Both the position numbers and the translations under genes were made by a program. Source: a virus. From it: a DNA stretch of 64,000 nt. Positions 32,145 to 43,804 of this stretch are shown here, piece by piece. A model generated the notes under the pieces. The model did no database searches. It was given only the letters and a program-made list of their open reading frames with translations, and was not told where the DNA came from. Every line of letters starts with the position of its first letter. Position 1 is the first letter of the stretch. The DNA lies in the IMG/VR virus record IMGVR_UViG_3300031555_006030; one strand, written 5' to 3'.

Positions 32145-34352
32145 ATGGCAAGCAACAAAGAAATGAAAGCGCGTATTGTTAATAAACACGATATTGAAGC
32201 TAATTGGCTTAAGGCAGTTAATTTTATTCCTTTGTAGGGAGAAATTATTATTTATGATGCCGAAACTTCTTCTGATAGTCTAGAAGGAACGGGTAGAATA
32301 GAAAGAATAACACTGCCTAGGTTTAAAGTTGGAGATGGAGTTAGCACTGTTAACAATTTGCCTTTTACTAAAACAGAATTGGCTTATTACAAAGAAGATG
32401 TTGACAATAAAACAAGTGAAGTTTTTATAAAAAACACTGATGATTATTACAAAGACGGATCTATTTCTGGTTTTAAAGTTCAAGATAATCAAACTACTAT
32501 TGTTGCTGAGGATAAGCACGGAGGTCATGATTATGGACAAGACTTGCACCATACAGATTCATAGATTGAAGTATCTACGCAGTTTCTTAAGTTAAGTAAT
32601 GAAAGAAAAGATGAAATCTGGATACGCGATGAAAACGATTATTTCACAGGTGAAACTGAATATTATACAAATAATAGTTCGATAGAAATGAAGAACGGTA
32701 ATGTTTCTATTGAGACTTCAGGAAAGCTTTTATATAATAATAATGAAGTAGGAACAGCAGGTAAAAAAACTTCTAATGAAGGAGAGGTTTTTAACGACTA
32801 TAAGTATAATAAAGCTTCTGGATTTAGATCTCACGCAGAGGGTTCTCAAACTCAAGCAACTAAAGACAATACTCATGCAGAGGGTTTTAGAACGCATGCA
32901 GCTAACAATAACGCGCATGCTGAAGGTAGCGGAACAACCGCAAGTGGAATATCCTCTCATGCAGAAGGTAATGAATCGATAGCTATGGGTAATTATTCTC
33001 ATGCAGAAGGTATAAAAACTCAAGCAAACCAAACAAGCGCGCATGCAGAAGGAGATAATACCCTTGCTAATGGAGAAGGTTCTCATGCAGAAGGTATATT
33101 GTCTGAGGCTGTTGGACCAGCCTCTCATGCCGAAGGATCTTCAACCAAAGCTATGGGAGTAGCGTCCCACACAGAAGGCAGAGATACGGTTGCAAAGGGC
33201 GAAGCAGCTCATGCAGAAGGACATTCTACTATTGCAGAAGGAAAAGAATCTCATGCGGGAGGATTGAACGCGAGAGCGGTTGGAGATTATTCTTTTGCTC
33301 ATGGTATTCGAGCAGAGGCGCTTGGTAAAAATTCTTATGCTTTGGGTGCAGACACAGAAGCCACAGCGGATCATGCAATAGCAATGGGTAATAAAACCTT
33401 GGCTAGTGGAACAGAATCTATGTCTATTGGTTATGGAACGAGTGCACTAGGAAATCACTCTTTTGCGCAAGGTGCGTTAACTCTAGCAAGAGGAGAAAAT
33501 TCTATTGCTACTGGTTAGGGAACGGTTGCGGCTAAAGATAATTCTTATGCTGGTGGTTATGGAGAATATGGTGATACTTATACTTTTTATAAAGTATCTG
33601 ACAATATTGGAGTATGCCAAAATGTTGAAAATGATTTTATAAATGGATTAGAGTATCCAGTTGTTCTTCATTATCCCAATGCTGTTACGATGTGTATAAT
33701 GACACCTCATCATGTATATGATGAGACTGCTGGTTTCCATTATATGGAGACACAATGTAGCTTTAGCAGATCCTTAAAGGAAGAGGTAAGCTCTTTTACA
33801 GTTATAAAAGCAACCATAGCCAATCATAATAATTCTTTTGCTCATGGAGTTAGAGTTGAAACAGGTAGAGATAATCAAGCAGTATTCGGACAATATAACA
33901 AAGTAGATTCTTCCGCTTTGTTTATTATTGGTAATGGAGATAATAACACCCCTAAAAACGCTTTTGTGATTACTGATGATAATAAAGCTTATATAGATGA
34001 CAAACAAATCCTTGTAAAAGGAGATGTTCCTACTAAAATTAGTGAATTTACAGACGCTAAAGACTATGTAGAAAAAGTAAAGAATTCTGCAGATGCTCGA
34101 GAGTCTGTTACAATAGAAAGAGGTTTTATGTCATCTGAAATGAGTAAATCTTTAGTATTTATAGATCCAGATAAAGTTGAATTACGCAGTAGTGTTTCAT
34201 TAGTAGATCCTGGTAGCTCAAAAACTCCTTATTCAACAATTCTTTCTGTCGGTGAAAAAGTAATGATAAATGACAAAGAAGTTACAACTGTTGATATGGT
34301 TCCAACAATTTCATTAGCTCTTGCTAGTGATATTGAAAGTTTATTTAATTAA
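32145..34352 (+). CDS. tail fiber/receptor-binding protein paralog 1 with S-H-A-E-G beta-roll repeats
   Basis: ORFs 32358, 32688 and 33690 are in frame with the ATG at 32145. It has more than 10 consecutive 14-residue repeats of the form HAEGxxTxAxGxxS. It ends with the QAVFGQYN...ALFIIGNGxxNTPKNAF module. Confidence 0.6.
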
Positions 34353-34408
34353 TGCCACGCATAACTGAAAAGATGTTATGATGTTTAAATTTGAAAGGAG
34401 ATAAATTT

Positions 34409-37400
34409 ATGGCAAATTATGATAAAATTATTGATTTTGAACTTCTTCAATTGTATGACGAGAAAATTAAAAACTACATTGTAGAACAAGCTCCTATAGT
34501 TGAAGGCGTTTATAAATTTAAAGGCAGTGTTAATGAATATAGCCAACTTCCTGCGCTGGCCGAAGTTGGAGATGTTTATAATGTTGTTAACTTAAATGGA
34601 ATGAATTTTTCTTGGACAGGTAGTCAATGGGATGCGCTTGGCGCCGAACTTGTGGGTAAGCGAGGTTCCGTAAATAGCGCGGAAATATTTAATGATTATT
34701 CAAGAAATACAGCTACTGCTATTTATGCACACGCCGAAGGCGCAAATACTCATGCAACTGGCGCAAACTCTCATACCGAGGGTTGGGGAACACACGCAAC
34801 AAACAACAATGCGCACGCTGAGGGCGGTGGCACGCATGCTGAGGGCGCAGATTCGCATACTGAGGGTAATAGTACTTATGCAACTGCTAATACGGCTCAT
34901 GCAGAGGGGTATGCAACTAGAGCGGAGGCAGCATAGTCTCATGCAGGCGGTGATCACTCTAATGCAAAACATGCAGTTTCTTTTGTGCATGGTTCTTATG
35001 TAAACTCTTCTCGTACTAATCAAGCTGTCTTTGGACAATATAATGCAGATGATACAGAAGCATTATTTATTGTGGGTAATGGATCTTCTAATAATAGAAA
35101 AAATGCTTTTAAAGTAAATATAGATGGAACCGCTTATGCAGGAGATAAAAAGATTCTTGTTGAAGGAGATGTCTCAGACAATGGCTCTTCTGTTGGATAG
35201 CAAGGAGCTGGTATTACAGATGAAATCTTCAATGGTTATTCTGGAAATGGGTTAAACACAGCGTCGGGCGGCTATACGCATGCTGAGGGGTATGCAACAA
35301 AAGCAACTAATAACAATGCCCATGCAGAAGGCAATAGCACAGAAGCCAGTGGAGAACACTCTCATGCAGAAGGGTATTTTACTATAGCTTCGGCAAATCA
35401 AACGCATGCTGAAGGCGCCAATACAAAGGCAACGGCTAGCGCCGCACATGCTGAGGGATATCAAACTGCGGCTGAGGGGAATTTTTCTCATGCGGAAGGC
35501 GCATATAATAAAGCAACAGGCGGATCTTCTCATGTTGAAGGCGGTCATGCAAGAACGGCAGATCAATTAACTCGTCGCGGTGGTAGAAACATTGCGGCAG
35601 GCGGTTCTGCGCATGCCGAGGGTATAAGCACATGCGCAGGAAGTGAGTTTAATCATCTTGGAGCACATGCTGAAGGCGCTTATACTAAAGCTTTGGCGCC
35701 CTATGCGCATGCTGAAGGTTGTGGTTATATTGGAGATATCTCTTATCAAGGTTCAATGAGTCCTGCGGAAGGAGAAACTCAAAAAACTAATATTTGTATT
35801 ATCCCTTCTCTTGCTAGTGAATTCCGTAGTGTTGGAGATATTTTAATTCTTCAAAGTATAGAAGAACCAGATAAAGAATATGATGTAACTATTCAAGAAA
35901 TTAAAGATGATGGTTCTTTGGTATTGGATCTTTCTTTTGGTATAAATTTTACATTTAACGCTAAACGAGTTTATCCTACTACAGCTAATGGTAAGGCATC
36001 ACACACTGAAGGATATGGTACGTATGCCACCAATGATTTTACACATGCAGAAGGAAATAGAGCACGAGCAACCGGGGATTGGGCCCATGCTGAAGGTGGT
36101 TATAGCATTGCGCAAGGTAGTGCTGCGCACGCAGAGGGTGGACATGTTAAAGACAGGAATAACGATATCTATATTGGTGGAGGAACCAACGCTATTGGAG
36201 GAGCTTCTCACTCAGAGGGTATGACAACTCAAGCCGGTTCAGAGTTTACTCATTATGGCGCACATGCTGAAGGAGTATTCACGAAGGCTCTTGGCGAAGG
36301 CGCTCATGCTGAAGGAGCAGGATTTATTATTTCTCTTCCATTTACCGCAGAAGGTGGAGACGAACATCCGAATGCAAAAGTTGGAGAAGCTACAAATGCA
36401 TTTACAATATCATTTCATTCCGATGAAGAGGCCGATTCTTTTTCTTCTTATCTTAGTCTCGGTGATGTTGTTAGATTTACAGAATTAAGCTTGCCAACTA
36501 AAAGTTTTGATGCATAGATTGAAAACATTTCTGTAGGAGGTTATGCTTCTTGTCGGATAAAAAATAGTTTATTAAAATATGGAACTAGTTATAGCATTTC
36601 AAAAGTAATATTTAACGAAGCACAAGGCAAAGCTTCTCATGTAAGTGGTATTGGAACAAAAGCAACGGCAGATGCTCAAACTGTTATTGGTAAATTTAAC
36701 GAAACTAATGATGATGCTTTATTCATTGTAGGAAATGGAACATCAGATACTCGAAGCAATGCTTTTACTGTAGACACAGATGGAAATGCTTATGCTGGCA
36801 ATGGCGGTAAACTTATAACAGCAAGCGAAAAAGGACTTTTCTCTAATGCTTTAAAAGGTAATATAAGCGGAGAGGTTATTAGCATTATTGATGTTTCACC
36901 TATTGTACATGAAATGGGCGTTAAGGTAGAGAGTAAAAATCTTATATCCTATCCGTATTATAACACCTCAAAAACAGAAAACGGAGTAACTATTACTGAC
37001 AATGGAGATGGTAGTCTAACACTTAACGGAACTGCAAGTGGTAGTATTATATTTTACTTGCAGAACAAGCCTACGCTTAGCGAGGGTACATATACAATAA
37101 GCGGTGGTACTACTGATATAGTTGTTTACGCAAGAAAAAATGCTACTACATGGATTGAAACAGGATCGGGAGCGCCTTCCACGGGTGTTGTAAATAAAGG
37201 TGATGTAATTAACATGATTGGGGTGCTAATCAATAGCGGTAAAACCTTCGACAATGTAACCATCTATCCACAGATTGAAAAAGGTACAGTAGCAACGGCA
37301 TACACGCCATATATTGAGGATATAAGCGTAGTAAGGATGTACGCACAAGGCAAAAACTTATTTAATAATGATACATCATTAATTAAAAAGTTAAACTATA

Positions 37401-37942
37401 CGGGTAGAGATGGCAGTAAATATACAAGATGCGGTTATGAAATACATTTGCCTGCTGGTGAATATGTATTAAGTGTAAAAACCAATGTAACAAATAGATA
37501 TATTTATACTTGTGTTAATGATACAGAAGGAAATTTTATAACAGATGCTATGTATACATTAGAAGGCACAATTAAAACAGATGGTTATGTCGTAGCCGCC
37601 GCGAATATACATCCTGTTGTTTATAAGCTAAAAGAAAATTATGTTATTTATATATACGACGGGGTAGATGAAAACGAAGAGAATGCAAAAGTGGTATTTA
37701 GCCTTATGCAAATTCAACTTGAAAACGGCAAGGTTATTACAGAATATGAACCTTTTATCGAGCCTATTGAGTACACAGTAGCAGCAGACGGCACGGTAAA
37801 GGGAGTAAATTCTATTTATCCTAACATAACACTTACAACAGATACACATGGCGCTTTAATTAGTGCAGAATATAACAGAGATTTAAATAAAGCTTTTGCC
37901 GAGCTTTATAACGCAATTATTTCTATGGGAGGTAATGTATAA
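34409..37942 (+). CDS. tail fiber/receptor-binding protein paralog 2 (1177 aa; two HAEG-repeat blocks and two NAF modules)
   Basis: Track ORFs 34391, 34985, 35693 and 36914 are all in one frame. The gaps contain only TAG (at 34934, 35198 and 36515); ends in TAA at 37940. Confidence 0.6.
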
Positions 37943-38136
37943 TGTTTAGCATGTAGCAGTTTATAAAAAGGGGACTTTTGGATGCAGTTGGAAAGATGTC
38001 TGATTATCAAGTTATTCTTAATGCTGCGGGATGGCATGAGAAGGGTGTCTTGACGGAAGACGATCTGAAGGAGATCGACGAAAAGATCAATGCTCAATAT
38101 CCTGAAGTTGAAACAGAAAACGAAGAGTTAGTTTAA
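37942..38136 (+). CDS. XkdX-like small protein
   Basis: A 64-aa protein ending in GVLTEDDLKEIDEKI. It follows the fiber gene with a TAATG overlap; one TAG codon. Confidence 0.4.
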
Positions 38137-38149
38137 TTAAAAATAAAAA

Positions 38150-38185
38150 TCTCTTATAGCCTACTAAAAAGTAGGCTATAAGAGG
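38150..38185 (+). terminator. perfect 14-bp hairpin ctcttatagcctac/gtaggctataagag
   Basis: Seen directly; the downstream T-run is weak. Confidence 0.4.
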
Positions 38186-38263
38186 CTTAAAATGAAATTA
38201 TAAAAGCCGCTATTTGTCTGGAAAGATGATGAATAGAAAATTCTTTGAAAGGAGATTAAGAAT

Positions 38264-40270
38264 ATGGCGACAGTAAATAATAGTAGTGTTCGTATTATTA
38301 ATAAACATGATATTGAAGCTAAATGGTTGACAGTTTCTAACTTTATTCCAAAAGCAGGAGAAATCATTGTTTATGATATTGAGATAGATAAAGATGAATA
38401 GGTTTTAGATTTGACTGGGACAGGTAGAACGAAGCCTTATACTTACCCTCGATTTAAAATTGGTGATGGAAAGACGATCTTAAAGGACTTGCCCTTTTAG
38501 GGAGTTGGAAAATCGTATTCAGAAGGTGAAGTATTTAATGACATTAAAAATAATGAAGCCACTGGTAAATTTTCACATGCAGAGGGTTCTTAGACAAAAG
38601 CTTTAAGAGCTTATTCACATGCTGGAGGATACGATTCAAAAGTTAGCGGGAAAAAAATTGCAGTTGTTGATTATGAAGACTGGGTTGATACCGAAGATAT
38701 TCAAATTTTTAATGAAACAGAATAGGAAGATGGTAGTATATCTATAACTTTTCCAAACGATGAATATTTTTATTTTAGTACCCAATGTGCATTACAAGGA
38801 ATAAATATTAAAATTGGAGATAAAATTCGATATAATTGGACATATGGGGGACAAACTGGTGAAGGTAGTGGAGAAATAACAGATATTTGGAATAATTTTC
38901 TTTAGGTAAATGGTAGTTATATTTTTGCTATAGAAGAAGCGTAGGATTACACTTATTCTAATTGGCAAATAAGCAAAGCAATATATGGGCAAACAGAGGC
39001 GGGTATTGCAGCTTTTGTTCATGGAACCGGACTTTCTGCAACAGCAGATAATCAAGCTGTCTTTGGACAGTATAATGAAAATGACGCAGATGCGTTGTTT
39101 ATTGTGGGCAATGGAACGCAGTATGCATAGAAAAACGCCTTTGTTGTTGATAACGAAAAGGCTGTTCTTCATGGAGAATAGATTGCAACACTTAGTGATA
39201 TTCCAAAAGTTCCTACAAAGATTAGTGCATTTACAAATGATATTGGTTACACTAGTGTTGGTAAGCCCTATGGGGAAGCTGGTGGAGAGGTGTTTAACCA
39301 TACCACTTACAACAAAGCTTCAGGTACCTTTGCTCATGCAGAAGGATCTCAAACTCAAGCAACAAATGATAATACACATGCAGAAGGTTTTAAAACTATA
39401 GCGAGCGGTTTAAATGCACATGCTGAGGGTGGTGCAACAACTGCAAGTGGAGATAATTCTCATGCAGAAGGAAATCAAACTATTGCAAGTGGAAAATACG
39501 CTCATGCTGGTGGCGCAAACTCAGAAGCTAGTGGTAACTACTCATTTACACATGGTATTCGCTCTAAAGCAACTGGTAAAAATTCTTACGCCTTTGGCGC
39601 AGATGTTCAAGCTACAGCAGACCATGCGATGGCAATTGGTAATGAAACTTTGGCATCTGGAACGGAATCAATAGCTATCGGATATGCAACTGCTGCTTTT
39701 GGGAGACATTCTATTGCAAGTGGCGCATTAACAGTGGCAGAAGGAGAAAATTCAGTCGCAGGAGGTTTAGGAACCGGTATTGGTCCTGGTTATACCATTA
39801 AGGGAACGGGCTTAGGCCATTTTGTTATTTCTGAAACAGTAGCATGGGTAGCTGGAGATTTAGTAATAATTAGTCTTGTAAATGATTCTCGATTATTAGT
39901 GGCAAAAATTGAGAGCATTGTTCGTAGCGAAGATAATGTTTACACAGAAATAACAATGAATCCTCAATTCGAAAACATAGATATTGTTGGTGCTACTATT
40001 AAATTAGCATAGCCTTCTTTAGCTCAAAAAAATGCTTCTTTCGCACATGGTATTTCAGTACAGTCTACTGTAGATGCGCAAGCAGTATTTGGAAAATATA
40101 ATGAAGTTAATAATGATGCTTTATTTATTATTGGCAACGGAAGTAGCAACACTCCTTAGAACGCCTTTATTGTAACAACTTCAAACGAAGCTTATTTAAA
40201 TGGTTCACCCGTTCTGACCGTGGAGAATATTAGCACTTTCATTCCATCAGCAGAAGGAGGTAGTTTCTAA
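38264..40270 (+). CDS. tail fiber/receptor-binding protein paralog 3 (HAEG repeats; two NAF modules; about 11 TAG codons)
   Basis: In frame with ORF 39290. Its N-terminal 40 aa are paralogous to the gene at 32145 (NKHDIEA.WL...NFIP..GEII.YD); ends in TAA. Confidence 0.6.
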
Positions 40271-40668
40271 TGACAAAATATCTTATTGATGAAAGCACTT
40301 TAACAGCTCTTGGAGATGCCGTTCGAGAAAAAACAGGAAGTAGCGCTACTTTGTCCTTAAATGAAATGATTGATTCTATTAAAAACATCTCAGGAGAAAA
40401 TGGAGGAAATAATGGAGTAGGATCAGTAGATTCTGTAGGATATGTTGTTTAGAATGCGGATTCAGGCGGCGGTTTTGAATTTTCTCCTGATCCACAATGG
40501 TACAATAATGCAGGAATGTTAGTTTTTGTTAAAAGTCCAACTAATAAAACTGGATTTGCAACAATTAATAATTTGGGTGGAAATGACTATGAATTAACTC
40601 CAAGTTATATTGACATTTGGGGAGTAGATGAATTTGAGGGGTCTTCTATTTATAAATATATATTATAA
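40270..40668 (+). CDS. hypothetical small tail-associated protein
   Basis: Its ATG overlaps the previous stop; one TAG codon; ends in TAA. Confidence 0.4.
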
Positions 40669-40671
40669 GTA

Positions 40672-40712
40672 ACATTAGGCGCGGATTAAATTCCGCGCTT
40701 AATTTTTTTAGG
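40672..40712 (+). terminator. rho-independent terminator
   Basis: A gcgcggaat/attccgcgc stem is followed by TTAATTTTTTT. Confidence 0.5.
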
Positions 40713-40798
40713 TCATTTTAGTTGATTTTGATTTAATGATTTTTTATATTATTTTGTATAGAGATTAATAATTCTGGAAAGGAGGAAAATAAAACTAC

Positions 40799-41303
40799 AT
40801 GTCAGAATTTTTACAATTGCTAGCTACATATGATATTGTAACAATTTTAACTATTGCTATTCTTGTAATAGTTGGTATTTACAAATTAATTGTATGGAGT
40901 AAGAAAACTTGGGCGCAGAGAGAAGTCTTTAAGAAAGAAAATATTGAAAAAGGTGTAGAAATTCAGCGCCAAAAAGATAAGGAACTTGAGGCTGAGCAAG
41001 AAGAAGAAACTCGTTTACAAAGACTTGAGTCAGCTATTGAAGCTCTTGCTCTTGTAAACGAAGAACAACAAAAACATATTGCTCTTTTAATTGAGTCTGA
41101 TTAGCTTAACATCAAAGCTTGGATTAAAGATCAGCATGAGAAATGGATGGCGCTTGGCGCAATAGATAGTCAAAGTTTAGACCTATTGGAATAGCGCTTC
41201 GGAATATACGAAGAAGAGGGCGGCAATAGCTGGGCGCGCCGCCTTATGGATGATATTAGAGGATTACCTTTAATTACCGTGGTTCCAGTTCATCCAGAAT
41301 AGT
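40799..41303 (+). CDS. membrane protein with an N-terminal transmembrane helix and coiled coil (holin-like or XhlA-like candidate)
   Basis: Hydrophobic segment TYDIVTILTIAILVIVGIYKLIV; in-frame TAG codons; ends in TGA. Confidence 0.35.
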
Positions 41304-41335
41304 GATAAATTAAGAGATAAAAGGAGTTGATAAAT

Positions 41336-43790
41336 ATGGCTGAAGATACGAGACTATATCCGCCAATTATTGATAATACCATTGGCGCCTTCGAGTTAAA
41401 GAAGGCGCAAGATGGTAAAACATATATGCCTATAAAACTTTATTTTTAGACAAACAAAGCAGATTATTCTTATAACTGTGTTCTTGTAAAAGTTGAATAT
41501 GATGGAAAAGCCGTTTTAAGAGATACGGTTATTTGTTTGCCTATTAACATAGTACGAGAACCTACTTTATTATTAAAAAATTTAGCTAATCAAGAATATT
41601 ATTCTGGAGAGCTTGATATAACCTATTTTAATAAGGATGACTTAAAAATTAATAAAGGATTTAATATTTATATAGCAGCGGTTTCTGAAAGCGTAGTTCC
41701 AGGTACAGATTATTCAAAAGTAGACATTGATAAAGTTATTAGTAATATTTCTACAACTGATTTTGTATTAAAGTCGGAATATTCTAATTATCACTCTGAG
41801 TGGAGTGCTGTGGCTGTTAAATATGCCATTCCTGAAATTAGCTTTCCTATGTTTGGAGGACTAACCAAAGAAGAGTTTTCTCAGGCGCCTAATGTAAAGT
41901 TTGACAATAAGCTTTTAGTGAACAATAATCCTTTTTTATATTTATATGATGCTTACCGTATTAAAGGAATGCTTGAGTTTAAAGATTTACCAACAGACAT
42001 TGCTTACGGTGACACAGAATTTTATGATTTTAGCGATCCAATAGGAGAAAATGATACTCTTCTGTGGTATTAGGTATAGCTTTTAGATGTTTCTAAAACA
42101 GGAAGTTCCTAGAAAATAGATTCAACTGCATCTAGAGAATACTTAGATTATTTTTACGATGCAACTGGTAGGGCTTTTGTATATGAGTTTAAAAAAGATT
42201 TAGAAACTATATACATGGAGAAGCTAAAAAAGGGCGGCGGCAATTTTGAAATAGTTGGAATATACTAGACTCGAAAAGGATATCTAGGTAGTTTTAACTA
42301 TACCTTAAAGACTTCGACTGTTGAAGTTCTATTGGGAGAAGATTCTTTTATTTAGCCAGATAAAAACCTTTGGCTAACCGAGTTTAAAGCAGAAAGCTTT
42401 CCTTCTCATGGGGGAATTTTCTTAAGTTGTAAGGCAACTAAAGTTTCTGAGTATGTTTCTCCAGTAGGTATATTTAGAATAGAACGAGCAATTGATAAGG
42501 ATGGCGCAGATGGAATGGCGCTATCTTATGAAACCATTTATGAAGAAACTGGTATGATTACTGGACAATATTTTGTATATTTGGATTAGAGCGCTGAAAG
42601 TGGAATCCCCTATAAGTATCGTATTTGTTTCTCTTATACGGCAGACAAACTTAATGGAACTGATGAAAATGGAAATCCTTTATATCAAACAGTTTCTTAT
42701 TTTGCGGTAGACAAAAATAAAAGAGGTACTATTACTATAGAAGAGTGGGAGCCAACAATATCAGACTTCTATTGCACTGATGATAAAGATCATATCATCT
42801 TAATAGAAGATATGTTTTTAACTTCTCAAGATATGACGCTGAAGATTCGTTTTGATCCTGCCTTAACTCAATATAAGAGAAACTATTAGGATATCATTAC
42901 TCCAACTTTAGGTGGCGCATATCCTTTTGTTAGAAGAAATGGCGCACAGTTGTATAAAACCTTTACTATTGGTGGATTAATTTCTTATCATGGAGACCTT
43001 AATGAACTTTCTTTAAGCAGTTCAGAAGAACGAATCAATGAAGAAAACTGGTTAAAAGAACCTTATTTATTTTATAATAAAAATACAGCTTCTAATTATG
43101 CAATTTCTTATAAAATGTTTTCGTAGTTAAGTCGTTATGAGCAAGAAAGAGTAAGAGAAAAACTGTTTAGAGAACAGGTTTTAGAATTTTTATATAAAGA
43201 TCAGCTTTTGCTATTTAAGTCATTCCAAGAAGGAAATTCTTTTATTCGATTGAGCAATATATCATTAACCTCTAAAAAAGAGCTTGATAGAAATATTTAT
43301 TCTTTTACTGCAACTGCAACTGAAGTTCAAGAAGCTAATGACGCCAATTACAGAAAGTTCTTTTCAAATCTAAAAGAAGATTTGACTTATGTTTTAACAC
43401 GCCTTTTTGTGAAAGCTTCAGCGTTTAATGGAGAAGCTGTTACTATTAGTAATGATGATTTAGTTGATTTAGATGAAAGTTACGGAGATGACTTTTCTCT
43501 TGTTACCGTATAGAGTGAGTTGCAATATGCAATTAATCCTGCGGCTAGCTTAACTAATAATGAGCACTGGACTTCTGAAATTAACCCAGATTTAACTTAT
43601 TATACAGAAGCTGGATAGAGGGTAAAACCAGAATCTTATAAATTAGAGGGAGAGTCTATTGAACGATATCGTTTTAGTTTGAGAAAAATGCCTCGTACTA
43701 GAACAGTAAATATAAAAACAACAACTTCTGAGTGTCATGGAACGGCTATTAATTTATATTATTAGCCATATACCTTTGATCTTAATTAAT
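41336..43790 (+). CDS. hypothetical large tail/baseplate protein (818 aa)
   Basis: ORFs 41537 and 43208 are in frame with the ATG at 41336; many TAG codons; ends in TAA. Confidence 0.45.
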
Positions 43791-43804
43791 AGGGGGGTGA
43801 AATA

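Noticed and set aside
32730-35749. Cys/Met/Arg-rich minus-strand ORFs (for example 32730-33128, 35252-35566)
   Set aside because: They are the reverse-complement reading of the CAT-GCx-GAA-GG repeats that encode the HAEG arrays, so they are an artefact.
40799-41303. Calling the 40799 gene a definite holin and locating the lysis cassette
   Set aside because: There is only one transmembrane helix plus a coiled coil, and no endolysin is seen nearby. I kept it as a low-confidence membrane protein.
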